Source of the DNA: Candidatus Krumholzibacteriia bacterium
Lineage (GTDB): Bacteria; Krumholzibacteriota; Krumholzibacteriia; JAJRXK01
Direction of reading: 5' to 3'
Assembly: GCA_041484665.1 (NCBI GenBank)
Contig: JBGPIA010000002.1
Coordinates: forward strand, 42,045 to 106,044
DNA: 64,000 bases
Both the position numbers and the translations under genes were made by a program. Position 1 is the stretch's first letter. Every line of letters begins with the position of its first letter. Under the pieces are notes generated by a model that did not search any database, was not told where the DNA came from, and saw only the letters and a program-made list of their open reading frames with translations. Positions 53,033 through 61,196 of this stretch are shown here, piece after piece.

Positions 53033-55096
53033 ATGCTTCGATCCCTCTTCGCGGCCGTGAGCGGCCTCAGCACGAACATCGTCGAGCTGGACGTGGTGGG
53101 GAACAACATCAGCAACGTCAATACCGTGGGCTTCAAGCAAGCCCGCGTGACGTTCCAGGAGATCCTCACCCAGAACCTCAAGCCCGCCACGCGCCCCGTG
53201 TCGGGCGGGCTGGGCGGCACCAACCCGCAGCAGATCGGCCTGGGCACGGTGGTCGCCAGCATCGACAGCCAGTTCTCCCAAGGCAACCTGCGGACCACCG
53301 GCGGGAAGACCGACCTCGCCATCCAGGGCGACGGCTTCTTCATCCTCAGCGATGGGCGCAGCCAGAGCTACACACGCGCCGGCAACTTCACCTTCGACGC
53401 GAACAACTTCCTGGTGGACGCCAGCACCGGCAAGCGCGTGCAGGGATTGTTGGCCGACGTGAACGGGACGTTCCTCAGCGGCGCCAACGGCGACCTCCAG
53501 ATCGACCCCAGCACGGTCGTGCCGGCCAAGGCCAGCAGCGAGGTGAAGGTCTTCGGCAACCTCAGCAGCAAGAGTGACGCCGTGGGCACCCACCTCGTGA
53601 GCAAGGGCGCCTTCCTGGCGATCGCCCAAGGCGGGAGCTCGTTGCTGACGCTTCACGGCAGCGTCGCAGGGAACGACCTCAACATCGGCAACGGCAACAA
53701 GGTCTCCCTCACGGGCCTGGTCAACGGAATCCCCATCACCAGCCAGACCTTCGAGGTGGGCGTCAACGGGACCACCGTCACCGACCTGGTGGGGTTCATG
53801 CAGAACGGGCTGGTCGCCTCCGGAGCGGCCGGCGTCACCGCCACGCTGCAGCCCGACGGAACGATCAGTATCAACAACGGCGGCGCCACCAGCCTGCAGA
53901 ACCTCAAGCTGGAGATCGGCGGCGCGGTCGACTTCAACCAGACCATGCTGTTCAACGACGTCCCTGCGGGTGGCACCAGCGTGAGCGCGGGAGCGCTGCT
54001 CACCCCGGCCACCCGGGCCGACACCCTCGACAGCCTCTACAACGCCGCCGGAAAGAAGCTGAACATCGCCTTCGATCCCGTCAGCAACCAGACCGTGCTG
54101 CAGGTCGGCGGGACCCGTGGTGGCGAAGCCATCACCTCGCTCTCGATGCTGGCGACGCGCGGCGTGACCACCCTCGGCGACCTGCTCGACCGTATCACGG
54201 ACGCGTTCGCGATCTCCAACGCGCAGGGCGTCAGCGTGACCAACGAGGGCTTCATCGACGTGGTGGGCGACACCGAGCTCAGGAACTCTTTGGACAACAT
54301 CTCGATCCAGGAGCCCAAGAACGACGTCAGCAATCTGTCGACGTCGTTCGACTTCCGCACCCTGGCCGCGGCGCAGGACGCCAAGACCTACTCGGTCACG
54401 ACCACGGTGTACGACAGCCTGGGCGACACCCACAACCTCACCCTGAACTTCACCAAGCGGACCGGTTTCAACATCTGGGACTGGAAGGCCAGCTTGGACA
54501 AGGGCGAGGAGGTCCTCAACGGCGAGACGGGCACGGTCACCTTTGACGAGAAGGGGAGCCTGGTGTCGTTCCTGTACACCGACGGCGGCGGGCAGATCTC
54601 CTTCCGGCCGCAGGCCACCGGGACGCAGGGCGCAGAGGTCGTGAACCTCGCGGTCAACCCCGGGACGACCAACGGAGTGAACGGCCTCACCCAGTTCGCG
54701 CCCGCCGACCAGCTCCAGTCGCTGGCCAATGGCTATACGGTCGGGCGCCTGAGCGACTTCGACATCGACCGGCGCGGGGTGATCTCGGGACGCTTCAGCA
54801 ACGACACCGTGCTGGCGCTGGCGCGCATCGCCATCTCCCGCTTCAGCAACCCCAACGGCCTGGTGCGCGTCGGCAACAACTCGTTCACGATCTCGGGCAA
54901 CAGCGGGCAGGCCATCTTCGGCTTCGCCGGCGAGGGCAGCGCGGGGGAGATCAATCCCGGGGCGCTGGAGGCGAGCAACGTCGACCTGGCCGAGCAGTTC
55001 ACGCGCCTGGTGGTAGCACAGCGCGCCTTCCAGGCCAACGCGCGCGTGATCACCACGGGCGACCGCGTGCTGCAGGACCTGGTGAACATCGTCTAG
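53033..55096 (+). CDS. flgE: Flagellar hook protein FlgE (unusually long, 687 aa)
   Basis: MLRSLFAAVSGLSTNIVELDVVGNNISNVNTVGFKQARVTFQE...; C-terminus ...LEASNVDLAEQFTRLVVAQRAFQANARVITTGDRVLQDLVNIV. Large central insertion domains. Confidence 0.9.
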   Translation: MLRSLFAAVSGLSTNIVELDVVGNNISNVNTVGFKQARVTFQEILTQNLKPATRPVSGGLGGTNPQQIGLGTVVASIDSQFSQGNLRTTGGKTDLAIQGDGFFILSDGRSQSYTRAGNFTFDANNFLVDASTGKRVQGLLADVNGTFLSGANGDLQIDPSTVVPAKASSEVKVFGNLSSKSDAVGTHLVSKGAFLAIAQGGSSLLTLHGSVAGNDLNIGNGNKVSLTGLVNGIPITSQTFEVGVNGTTVTDLVGFMQNGLVASGAAGVTATLQPDGTISINNGGATSLQNLKLEIGGAVDFNQTMLFNDVPAGGTSVSAGALLTPATRADTLDSLYNAAGKKLNIAFDPVSNQTVLQVGGTRGGEAITSLSMLATRGVTTLGDLLDRITDAFAISNAQGVSVTNEGFIDVVGDTELRNSLDNISIQEPKNDVSNLSTSFDFRTLAAAQDAKTYSVTTTVYDSLGDTHNLTLNFTKRTGFNIWDWKASLDKGEEVLNGETGTVTFDEKGSLVSFLYTDGGGQISFRPQATGTQGAEVVNLAVNPGTTNGVNGLTQFAPADQLQSLANGYTVGRLSDFDIDRRGVISGRFSNDTVLALARIAISRFSNPNGLVRVGNNSFTISGNSGQAIFGFAGEGSAGEINPGALEASNVDLAEQFTRLVVAQRAFQANARVITTGDRVLQDLVNIV

Positions 55097-55162
55097 TCCC
55101 GCCCTGCGGGCTGATCGGAGCGCGGCGCCCGCGGGGCGCCGCGTCCGCCACGGAGGGCAGCG

Positions 55163-55402
55163 ATGATCCACCTGACGCGACGCAGCGGGCAGGACCTGGT
55201 TCTCAATGCCGACCTGATCGAGTCCATCGAGGCCAGCCCCGAGACTTTAGTCGCGCTCGTCACCGGCCGAAAGATGCTGGTGCAAGAGTCGCTCGAGGAA
55301 GTCGTTCGCCGGGTTCTGGAATACCGCCGCCGGATGCGCGCCTATCCGGTGCCGGTGGCGGGCATCCCGGAGTCCGGCGCGGCGGGCGAAGCGGAGCAAT
55401 GA
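55163..55402 (+). CDS. flbD: Flagellar protein FlbD (SwrD-like)
   Basis: MIHLTRRSGQDLVLNADLIESIEASPETLVALVTGRKMLVQESLEEVVRRVLEY matches the FlbD family. Confidence 0.75.
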   Translation: MIHLTRRSGQDLVLNADLIESIEASPETLVALVTGRKMLVQESLEEVVRRVLEYRRRMRAYPVPVAGIPESGAAGEAEQ

Positions 55403-55549
55403 GCCCCGCGTTGCGGCCGCCTGCGGGCGGACGGCGGCGCGGCGCGCGCGGCAGGCGACGCGGATCCGGTCGCCCCTGCCGTCTTCTCGTCCAGGTGCGG
55501 GGCACCGCGGCGCCAGGACGCGCCGCGCGACCGCGCGGGAGGTCATGAC

Positions 55550-56089
55550 GTGGCGCAGGAGCAGTCCCCGGAGGGCGCCGAGCCCGCTAAGAAGGGCAAG
55601 TCGCTGCTGGAGAACAAGCTGTTGGTCATCGCCGCCATCGTGCTGGCGCAGGGCGGCATGGGCTTTGCTGCCGCGAAGTTCCTGATCGCTCCTGCTTTTG
55701 CTCCGCCGGCAGCGCCGGGCGCGGCGCAGGGTGCGGGTCATGGAGGGGGCGAGCCCGGCCCGGACGGGGCCGCCGCAGCGCCCGCCAGCGGACCTTTGGT
55801 GAGCCTCAACGAGATGGTCATCAGTCTCAGCGCTACAGGCAAGCCACGCTACCTGCGCACGACCATCGCGCTGGAGGCGCGTGACGCTGCCGTGGCCAAG
55901 GAGATCGAAGAGCGCCTGGCGAAGTTCCGCGACATCGCCATCATGCGCCTCTCCAGCCACGCGCCCGGCGACCTGGACACCTTCGAGGGCAAGGAAGCGG
56001 TGAAGGCAGACATCAAGACGGCGCTCGCCGGCGACTTCAAGCCGGGCGACCTCCTCAACATCTACTTCTCCGACTTCGTGGTCCAGTAG
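55550..56089 (+). CDS. fliL: Flagellar basal body-associated protein FliL
   Basis: Single TM (LLVIAAIVLAQGGMGFAAAKFLIA), then ...LVSLNEMVISLSATGKPRYLRTTIALEARDAAVAKEIEERLAKFRDIAIMRLSS. GTG start. Confidence 0.8.
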   Translation: MAQEQSPEGAEPAKKGKSLLENKLLVIAAIVLAQGGMGFAAAKFLIAPAFAPPAAPGAAQGAGHGGGEPGPDGAAAAPASGPLVSLNEMVISLSATGKPRYLRTTIALEARDAAVAKEIEERLAKFRDIAIMRLSSHAPGDLDTFEGKEAVKADIKTALAGDFKPGDLLNIYFSDFVVQ

Positions 56090-56104
56090 GAGGGGAGGAC
56101 CCGC

Positions 56105-57112
56105 GTGGAAAACCTCTCGCAGGTCGAGCTCGACGCGCTGATCGGTGCCGCAGCGCAGCAGGCCGGCGGGGAGGACCCTGCCGCGGCCGAGGCCGCCGAT
56201 CTTGGGGGGCAGGGGCAGCCGGCCGGGCAGGCGGCGGTCCGCAACTTCGATTTCAACCAACCCAACACCCTCAGCCGCTCGTTCGAGCGCAATCTGCGCA
56301 GCCTGTGCGAGAGCTTCAGCAAGATCGCCTCGCTGTCCTTCACCAATCAGGTGCGCACCAGCTGCGTCGTCTCGTTCGTGAACCTGCGCGTGTTCTCCTT
56401 CGGCGAGGCCTACGCCGGAGTGGAGAATCCCAGCTGCATCGCCGTCTCGACCATGCCCCCGCTCAAGGGCACCATGCTGCTGGTGATCGACGCGGGCATG
56501 ATGTTCTCCCTGTTCACGCGACTGTTGGGCGGGGGGGTGGAGGAGCCGACGCAGATTCGCGACTTCACCGAGCTGGAGATGGGGATGTCGCGGCGCATCG
56601 TCGAGCGCGTGCTGGACCACTTCCGGTCCGCCTCCGAGCGCATCGTGGCGCTCAAGCCGACCGTGTCCCACATCGAGAACAACCCCAGCTACGTGCAGGC
56701 CCTCAGCGACACCGAGATGGTGCTCGCCCTGCAACACTCCATCGGGTTGGATACCCTGCGGGGAACGCTGACGTTCATCCTGCCGCTGGCCGCCTTCGAA
56801 CCGGTGCGCAACCTTTTCGACCCCAAGGAATCCATCGAGCTGCGCGGCTCCGCCGAGAAGAGCCGCGACCGTCGCCTGGTGAGGGCGGCGCTGCAGCGGA
56901 CGGAGGCGACGCTCACCGTCCACTTCGTGCCGCGGCGCGCGCGGCTGCGGGAGGTCCTGGCCCTGAAGGTGGACGACGTGCTGCCGCTGGGCCATCCAGC
57001 GAACCGCCCGCTCACGGTCAATGTGGAACGCAAGCACATGTTCGACGCCGTGGCCGGACGGTCGGGCCAGGCGCGCGCCGTCCGCATCGTGCGCAGGCTG
57101 AAGGAGTCCTAG
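56105..57112 (+). CDS. fliM: Flagellar motor switch protein FliM
   Basis: ...AVRNFDFNQPNTLSRSFERNLRSLCESFSKIASLSFTNQVRT... with a C-terminal SpoA-like domain. GTG start. Confidence 0.88.
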   Translation: MENLSQVELDALIGAAAQQAGGEDPAAAEAADLGGQGQPAGQAAVRNFDFNQPNTLSRSFERNLRSLCESFSKIASLSFTNQVRTSCVVSFVNLRVFSFGEAYAGVENPSCIAVSTMPPLKGTMLLVIDAGMMFSLFTRLLGGGVEEPTQIRDFTELEMGMSRRIVERVLDHFRSASERIVALKPTVSHIENNPSYVQALSDTEMVLALQHSIGLDTLRGTLTFILPLAAFEPVRNLFDPKESIELRGSAEKSRDRRLVRAALQRTEATLTVHFVPRRARLREVLALKVDDVLPLGHPANRPLTVNVERKHMFDAVAGRSGQARAVRIVRRLKES

Positions 57113-57496
57113 ATGGCTCAGGATCCCGCAGGCACCGGCATGGCCCACGAGGATGACGCCTCCAGCTCGGCCGCCACCGCGCAGGCTGTGGTGAGTGCCG
57201 CACAGGCGGTCGGCCGCCAGGCTGCGGCCGACGACGACGGCAGCTTCGACCTCCTGCAGGATGTCGAGCTGACGGTCACCGTCGAGCTCGGACGGGCGCA
57301 CATGGAGATCCGCGACATCCTCAACGTGGGCAGCGGCACGATCGTCGAGCTGGGCAAGCTCGTGAGCGAGCCGGTGGACGTGCTGGTCAACGGCACCCCC
57401 TTCGCGCAGGGCGAGGTGGTAGTGGTGGACGACGCCTTCGCGGTGCGCATTACGCGCCTGCTCGACCGCAACCACCTCGTGGCCAAGAGCAACTGA
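57113..57496 (+). CDS. fliN: Flagellar motor switch protein FliN (SpoA domain)
   Basis: ...LQDVELTVTVELGRAHMEIRDILNVGSGTIVELGKLVSEPVDVLVNGTPFAQGEVVVVDDAFAVRITRLL. Confidence 0.9.
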   Translation: MAQDPAGTGMAHEDDASSSAATAQAVVSAAQAVGRQAAADDDGSFDLLQDVELTVTVELGRAHMEIRDILNVGSGTIVELGKLVSEPVDVLVNGTPFAQGEVVVVDDAFAVRITRLLDRNHLVAKSN

Positions 57497-57498
57497 CC

Positions 57499-57846
57499 AT
57501 GGCCGGTGCGGCCCTCACCTGGATCAGCGGCACCCTAGCCGTGCTGGCCCTGGTGCTCCTGCTGGGCCGGTTGGGCCAGTGGGCGCTGCGCCGTGGCGCC
57601 GCCGCGCATCTGGCGGCCGCTACGGTCGGCCAATGGCGCGTCGGGGCCGACGCGCGCGTGCGCGCTGTGCGCGTGCTCGGCTGTGTCTACGTGCTCTACG
57701 AGCGCGGGCGCGAGACCACGCTGCTCACCGCGCTGGCAGCTGCGGACTTCGACACGGCGCTGCAGGGTTCCGCGCCGGCGGGCCCGCTGGCCGGGATCCT
57801 CGGGCTCGCGCCCGGCAAGGGCCGCTCGCGGGTGGCTGCTCCCTAG
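57499..57846 (+). CDS. fliO: FliO/FliZ-like flagellar biosynthesis protein (single TM)
   Basis: Position between fliN and fliP. N-terminal TM ISGTLAVLALVLLLG, then ...RVRAVRVLGCVYVLYERGRETTLLTAL. Confidence 0.5.
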   Translation: MAGAALTWISGTLAVLALVLLLGRLGQWALRRGAAAHLAAATVGQWRVGADARVRAVRVLGCVYVLYERGRETTLLTALAAADFDTALQGSAPAGPLAGILGLAPGKGRSRVAAP

Positions 57847-57991
57847 ACAAGGTTGGCTCGCCGCTGTGCGGTGGAGGCCACCCCGCTCCACGCTCGCGGC
57901 CCCAGCGCGCCCGCAACCCCCTTTCCTTGATCGGGTTGACGGCGGCTGTGGCGCCCCGGGGCGCGGCACACCGGTTGCGCTGGCGCCCAGC

Positions 57992-58963
57992 ATGCGCGCG
58001 CCGATCCGCCGAGCATTTCCGCTGGTCGTGGGCGCCCGGGTGCCGGGTGTCCATGTCGCCGTGCCCCTGCTGGTGGCGGCATTGCTGCTGTGGGGAGCAT
58101 CGCTCACCTTTGCCCAGGCGCCGGCCGCCAAAGCCGCGCGGCCACCGGCGGCGTCCCTTCCCCAGAGCGCGCCACCCGCCGTCGCCGCCCCGGCGGCACA
58201 GCCTTCGGCCGAGGCGGCGACGGCTACGGGCGCGGGGGGCGCCGTCGCTGCTGGCCAGGCCACGCCGCCCAAGCCGGCCAAGGGCGGCGGCGGCAAGGTG
58301 GTGCTGTCAGTCGAAGGCGCCGATGACGGTCAGCTGGGCCTGACGGTCCAGATCGTCCTGCTCATGACGGTGCTGAGCCTGGCGCCGGCCATCGTCATGC
58401 TCACCACCAGCTTCACCCGCATCCTGATCGTGCTGGCGTTCCTGCGCCAGGCCATTGGCACGCAGCAGATGCCCAGCAATCAGATCCTGGTGGGGCTCTC
58501 GCTCTTCCTGTCGCTGGTGGTGATGGGTCCGGTGGCCGAGCAGATCAAGGGCAGCGCGCTCGATCCCTACCTGGCCAAGGAGATCACCCAGAAGGAGGCG
58601 GTGCACCGCGCGGTGGAGCCGATCCGCCACTTCATGCTGCACAACACCAGGGAGAAGGACCTGCAGCTGTTCGTGGACCTGAGTCACGCGCCTCGCCCCG
58701 ACTCGCCCGAGGCGCTGCCCATGTCGGTGGTGGTGCCGGGCTTCCTCACCAGCGAGCTCAAGACCGCGTTCCAGATGGGCTTCCTCATCTACCTGCCATT
58801 CCTGGTCGTGGACATGGTCGTGGCATCGGTGCTCATGAGCATGGGGATGATGATGCTGCCGCCGGTCTTGATCTCGCTGCCGTTCAAAGTGCTGCTGTTC
58901 GTCATGGTCGACGGATGGCACCTGGCCATCAAGAGCCTGGTGAGCAGCTTCCACACGACCTGA
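57992..58963 (+). CDS. fliP: Flagellar export apparatus protein FliP (with N-terminal signal peptide and Ala/Pro-rich insertion)
   Basis: ...GLTVQIVLLMTVLSLAPAIVMLTTSFTRILIVLAFLRQAIGTQQMPSNQILVGLSLFLSLVVMGPV...FLIYLPFLVVDMVVASVLMSMGMMMLPP. Confidence 0.9.
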   Translation: MRAPIRRAFPLVVGARVPGVHVAVPLLVAALLLWGASLTFAQAPAAKAARPPAASLPQSAPPAVAAPAAQPSAEAATATGAGGAVAAGQATPPKPAKGGGGKVVLSVEGADDGQLGLTVQIVLLMTVLSLAPAIVMLTTSFTRILIVLAFLRQAIGTQQMPSNQILVGLSLFLSLVVMGPVAEQIKGSALDPYLAKEITQKEAVHRAVEPIRHFMLHNTREKDLQLFVDLSHAPRPDSPEALPMSVVVPGFLTSELKTAFQMGFLIYLPFLVVDMVVASVLMSMGMMMLPPVLISLPFKVLLFVMVDGWHLAIKSLVSSFHTT

Positions 58964-58989
58964 GCCGCCCGCGGGCGGTGGGAGGTGAC

Positions 58990-59262
58990 ATGAACGCCGA
59001 GGCTGTGATCGACGTGGCGCGCGACGCACTGTGGACGCTGCTGTTGGTCTCCATGCCGATGCTGCTGGTGGGGATGCTGGTGGGCCTGGTGATCTCGATC
59101 CTGCAGGCTGCCACCCAGATCAACGAGATGACCATGACATTCGTGCCGAAGATGATCGCGGTGTTCCTCACGATGCTGCTGCTGCTGCCGTGGCTGCTGT
59201 CGCACATGATGGCCTTCACCGAGCGCATCTTCGCCCGCATCGCCGCGGTGGGCGGACCGTGA
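58990..59262 (+). CDS. fliQ: Flagellar export apparatus protein FliQ
   Basis: MNAEAVIDVARDALWTLLLVSMPMLLVGMLVGLVISILQAATQINEMTMTFVPKMIAVFLTMLLLLPWL. Confidence 0.9.
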   Translation: MNAEAVIDVARDALWTLLLVSMPMLLVGMLVGLVISILQAATQINEMTMTFVPKMIAVFLTMLLLLPWLLSHMMAFTERIFARIAAVGGP

Positions 59263-60044
59263 CCCTCACCCTGGATCTCGCGCCGCTGCTGCTGGGAGGA
59301 CTCGCCGCCGTGCGGGTCCTCACCTTCTTGATGGCGGTGCCCGCGCTGGGCATCAAAGCGGTGCCCGTGGCGGTGAAGGTCGGGCTGGCCCTGTGGGTCA
59401 CCGCCGGCCTGTTGCCGCAGGTGGTGGCCCAGGGCGCCGCCGTTCCCAGCGCGCCCGGGCCGCTGGCCTTGGCCGTGGCGGCGGAATTCGCCATCGGGCT
59501 GCTGCTGGCCATGGTCGTGGCGTTCGCCATCGGCGCGGTGCAGCTGGCGGGGGAGATCGTCGGGCTGCAGATCGGCTTTGGGATCGTCAACGTGATCGAC
59601 CCGATGAGCCAGCTGCAGGTTTCGGTGCTGGGTCAGCTGTACTACATGCTGGCCGCGCTGGTGTTCGTCGGGATGGACGGGCCTGCCATCGTGCTGCGCG
59701 GCATCGCCGCCAGCTTCTCCGCCCTGCCTCCCGGCGGCATGGCGGTGCGTAGCGCCGGCGTGGCCGCGCTGGTTCTCTCGTTCTCGGGCGTGTTCAGCGC
59801 GGCGCTGCGCATGTCCCTACCGCCGGTCGTGGCGCTGCTGCTGGTGAGCCTGGCCATGGGCATCGTGGGGCGCACCGTCCCGCAGCTCAACATCCTGGTC
59901 GTGGGCTTTCCCGTCCGCATCGCCGTGGGTCTCTTGATCCTGGCGGCGAGTCTGCCGCTGCTGACGCGGGCGGTGTCCGCCGCCCTGGGTGGCCTCGACG
60001 GGCAGCTGGTGGGGATGGCCTGGGGTCTGGCCCCCGCGAGGTAG
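59259..60044 (+). CDS. fliR: Flagellar export apparatus protein FliR
   Basis: GTG overlapping the fliQ stop. Multi-TM. ...AVAAEFAIGLLLAMVVAFAIGAVQLAGEIVGLQIGFGIVNVIDPMSQLQVSVLGQLYYMLAALVF. Confidence 0.85.
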   Translation: MTLTLDLAPLLLGGLAAVRVLTFLMAVPALGIKAVPVAVKVGLALWVTAGLLPQVVAQGAAVPSAPGPLALAVAAEFAIGLLLAMVVAFAIGAVQLAGEIVGLQIGFGIVNVIDPMSQLQVSVLGQLYYMLAALVFVGMDGPAIVLRGIAASFSALPPGGMAVRSAGVAALVLSFSGVFSAALRMSLPPVVALLLVSLAMGIVGRTVPQLNILVVGFPVRIAVGLLILAASLPLLTRAVSAALGGLDGQLVGMAWGLAPAR

Positions 60045-60050
60045 TCGAGG

Positions 60051-61193
60051 ATGGCCGAGGATCTGGCCGGCGACCGCACCGAGCAGGCGACCCCAAAACG
60101 CCGCGACGAGGCGCGCGAGCGCGGGCAGGTGCCGCGCAGCCAGGAGGTCAATTCCACCATCGTGCTCCTGGGTGGTGGGCTGGTGACGCTGGCATGCTTG
60201 GGCTGGATGGGTCAGGGCTTCGCTCGATTGAGCCGCGTGTGCTTCGGCGGGCTGGACGGGGTCCGGCTGGAAAGCCGTGGGGATGGCGTGACCGCGCTTC
60301 GACTATTGGCCAGGGAATCGGGCGTCATCCTGTGGCCGGTGCTGCTCGCGACCCTCGTGTTCGCCACTGGATCGGCCGCTGCGCAGGTGGGTTGGCGCTT
60401 CTCCACCAAGGCGCTGGCGTTTCGTACGGAGCGCCTCAATCCGCTCGAGGGCCTCAAGCGCATGGTCAGCCGTCAGGTGCTGTTCGAGCTGGCCAAGAAC
60501 TTGGCCAAGACGGCGCTGCTCGGCTGGATCGCGGCCGCCACCCTCCAGACTTCGCTGCCCCACGTGCTGGACCTGACTGGCATGGGCGAGCACGACGGCT
60601 GGATGGAAGTCGCCGCCATGGTGCGCACGCTGATGCTGCGCACGCTGCTCGTGCTCGCGGTGCTGGCCACCGCCGACCTGGTGTGGCAGCGCCGGCGTCA
60701 CGAGGAATCGCTGAAGATGAGCAAGACCGAGCTGCGGCAGGAGGCCAAGGACAGCGAAGGCGATCCCCAGATCAAGGCGCGGCTGCGGGCGCTGCAGCTG
60801 GACGCGGCACGCCGGCGCATGATGGCCGACGTGAAGAAGGCCGACGTCGTGGTGGTCAATCCGACGCATCTGGCCGTCGCGCTGCTCTATGACCGCGGCG
60901 AGCCCGCGCCACAGGTGGTGGCCAAGGGCCGGGGTCTGCTGGCCGCGCGCATCGTTTCGGTCGCGCATGAGGCGCGCGTGCCGGTGATCCAGAACATTCC
61001 GTTGGCGCAGGCCCTGTTCAAGGCCTGCCGTATCGGTGACTTCGTCCCGGTGAAGCTGTACCAGGCCGTGGCGGAGGTGCTGGCGGCGGTCTACCGCGCC
61101 AGCCGCAAAGCCGGCCGCCCCGCCAGCCCCGCCGCGCCACGCGCGACCGGCAGGCCGGGCCGGCGCGCGGCGCGGCAGGCGCGGGGAGCGTAG
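60051..61193 (+). CDS. flhB: Flagellar export apparatus protein FlhB
   Basis: MAEDLAGDRTEQATPKRRDEARERGQVPRSQEV...; autocleavage motif VVVNPTHLAV; ...AQALFKACRIGDFVPVKLYQAVAEVLAAVYR. Confidence 0.9.
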   Translation: MAEDLAGDRTEQATPKRRDEARERGQVPRSQEVNSTIVLLGGGLVTLACLGWMGQGFARLSRVCFGGLDGVRLESRGDGVTALRLLARESGVILWPVLLATLVFATGSAAAQVGWRFSTKALAFRTERLNPLEGLKRMVSRQVLFELAKNLAKTALLGWIAAATLQTSLPHVLDLTGMGEHDGWMEVAAMVRTLMLRTLLVLAVLATADLVWQRRRHEESLKMSKTELRQEAKDSEGDPQIKARLRALQLDAARRRMMADVKKADVVVVNPTHLAVALLYDRGEPAPQVVAKGRGLLAARIVSVAHEARVPVIQNIPLAQALFKACRIGDFVPVKLYQAVAEVLAAVYRASRKAGRPASPAAPRATGRPGRRAARQARGA

Positions 61194-61196
61194 GCG

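Noticed and set aside
52802-57475. Minus-strand ORFs 52802..55171 (789 aa) and 55247..57475 (742 aa)
   Set aside because: They are antisense to flgE and to fliL/fliM/fliN; same GC-frame artefact.
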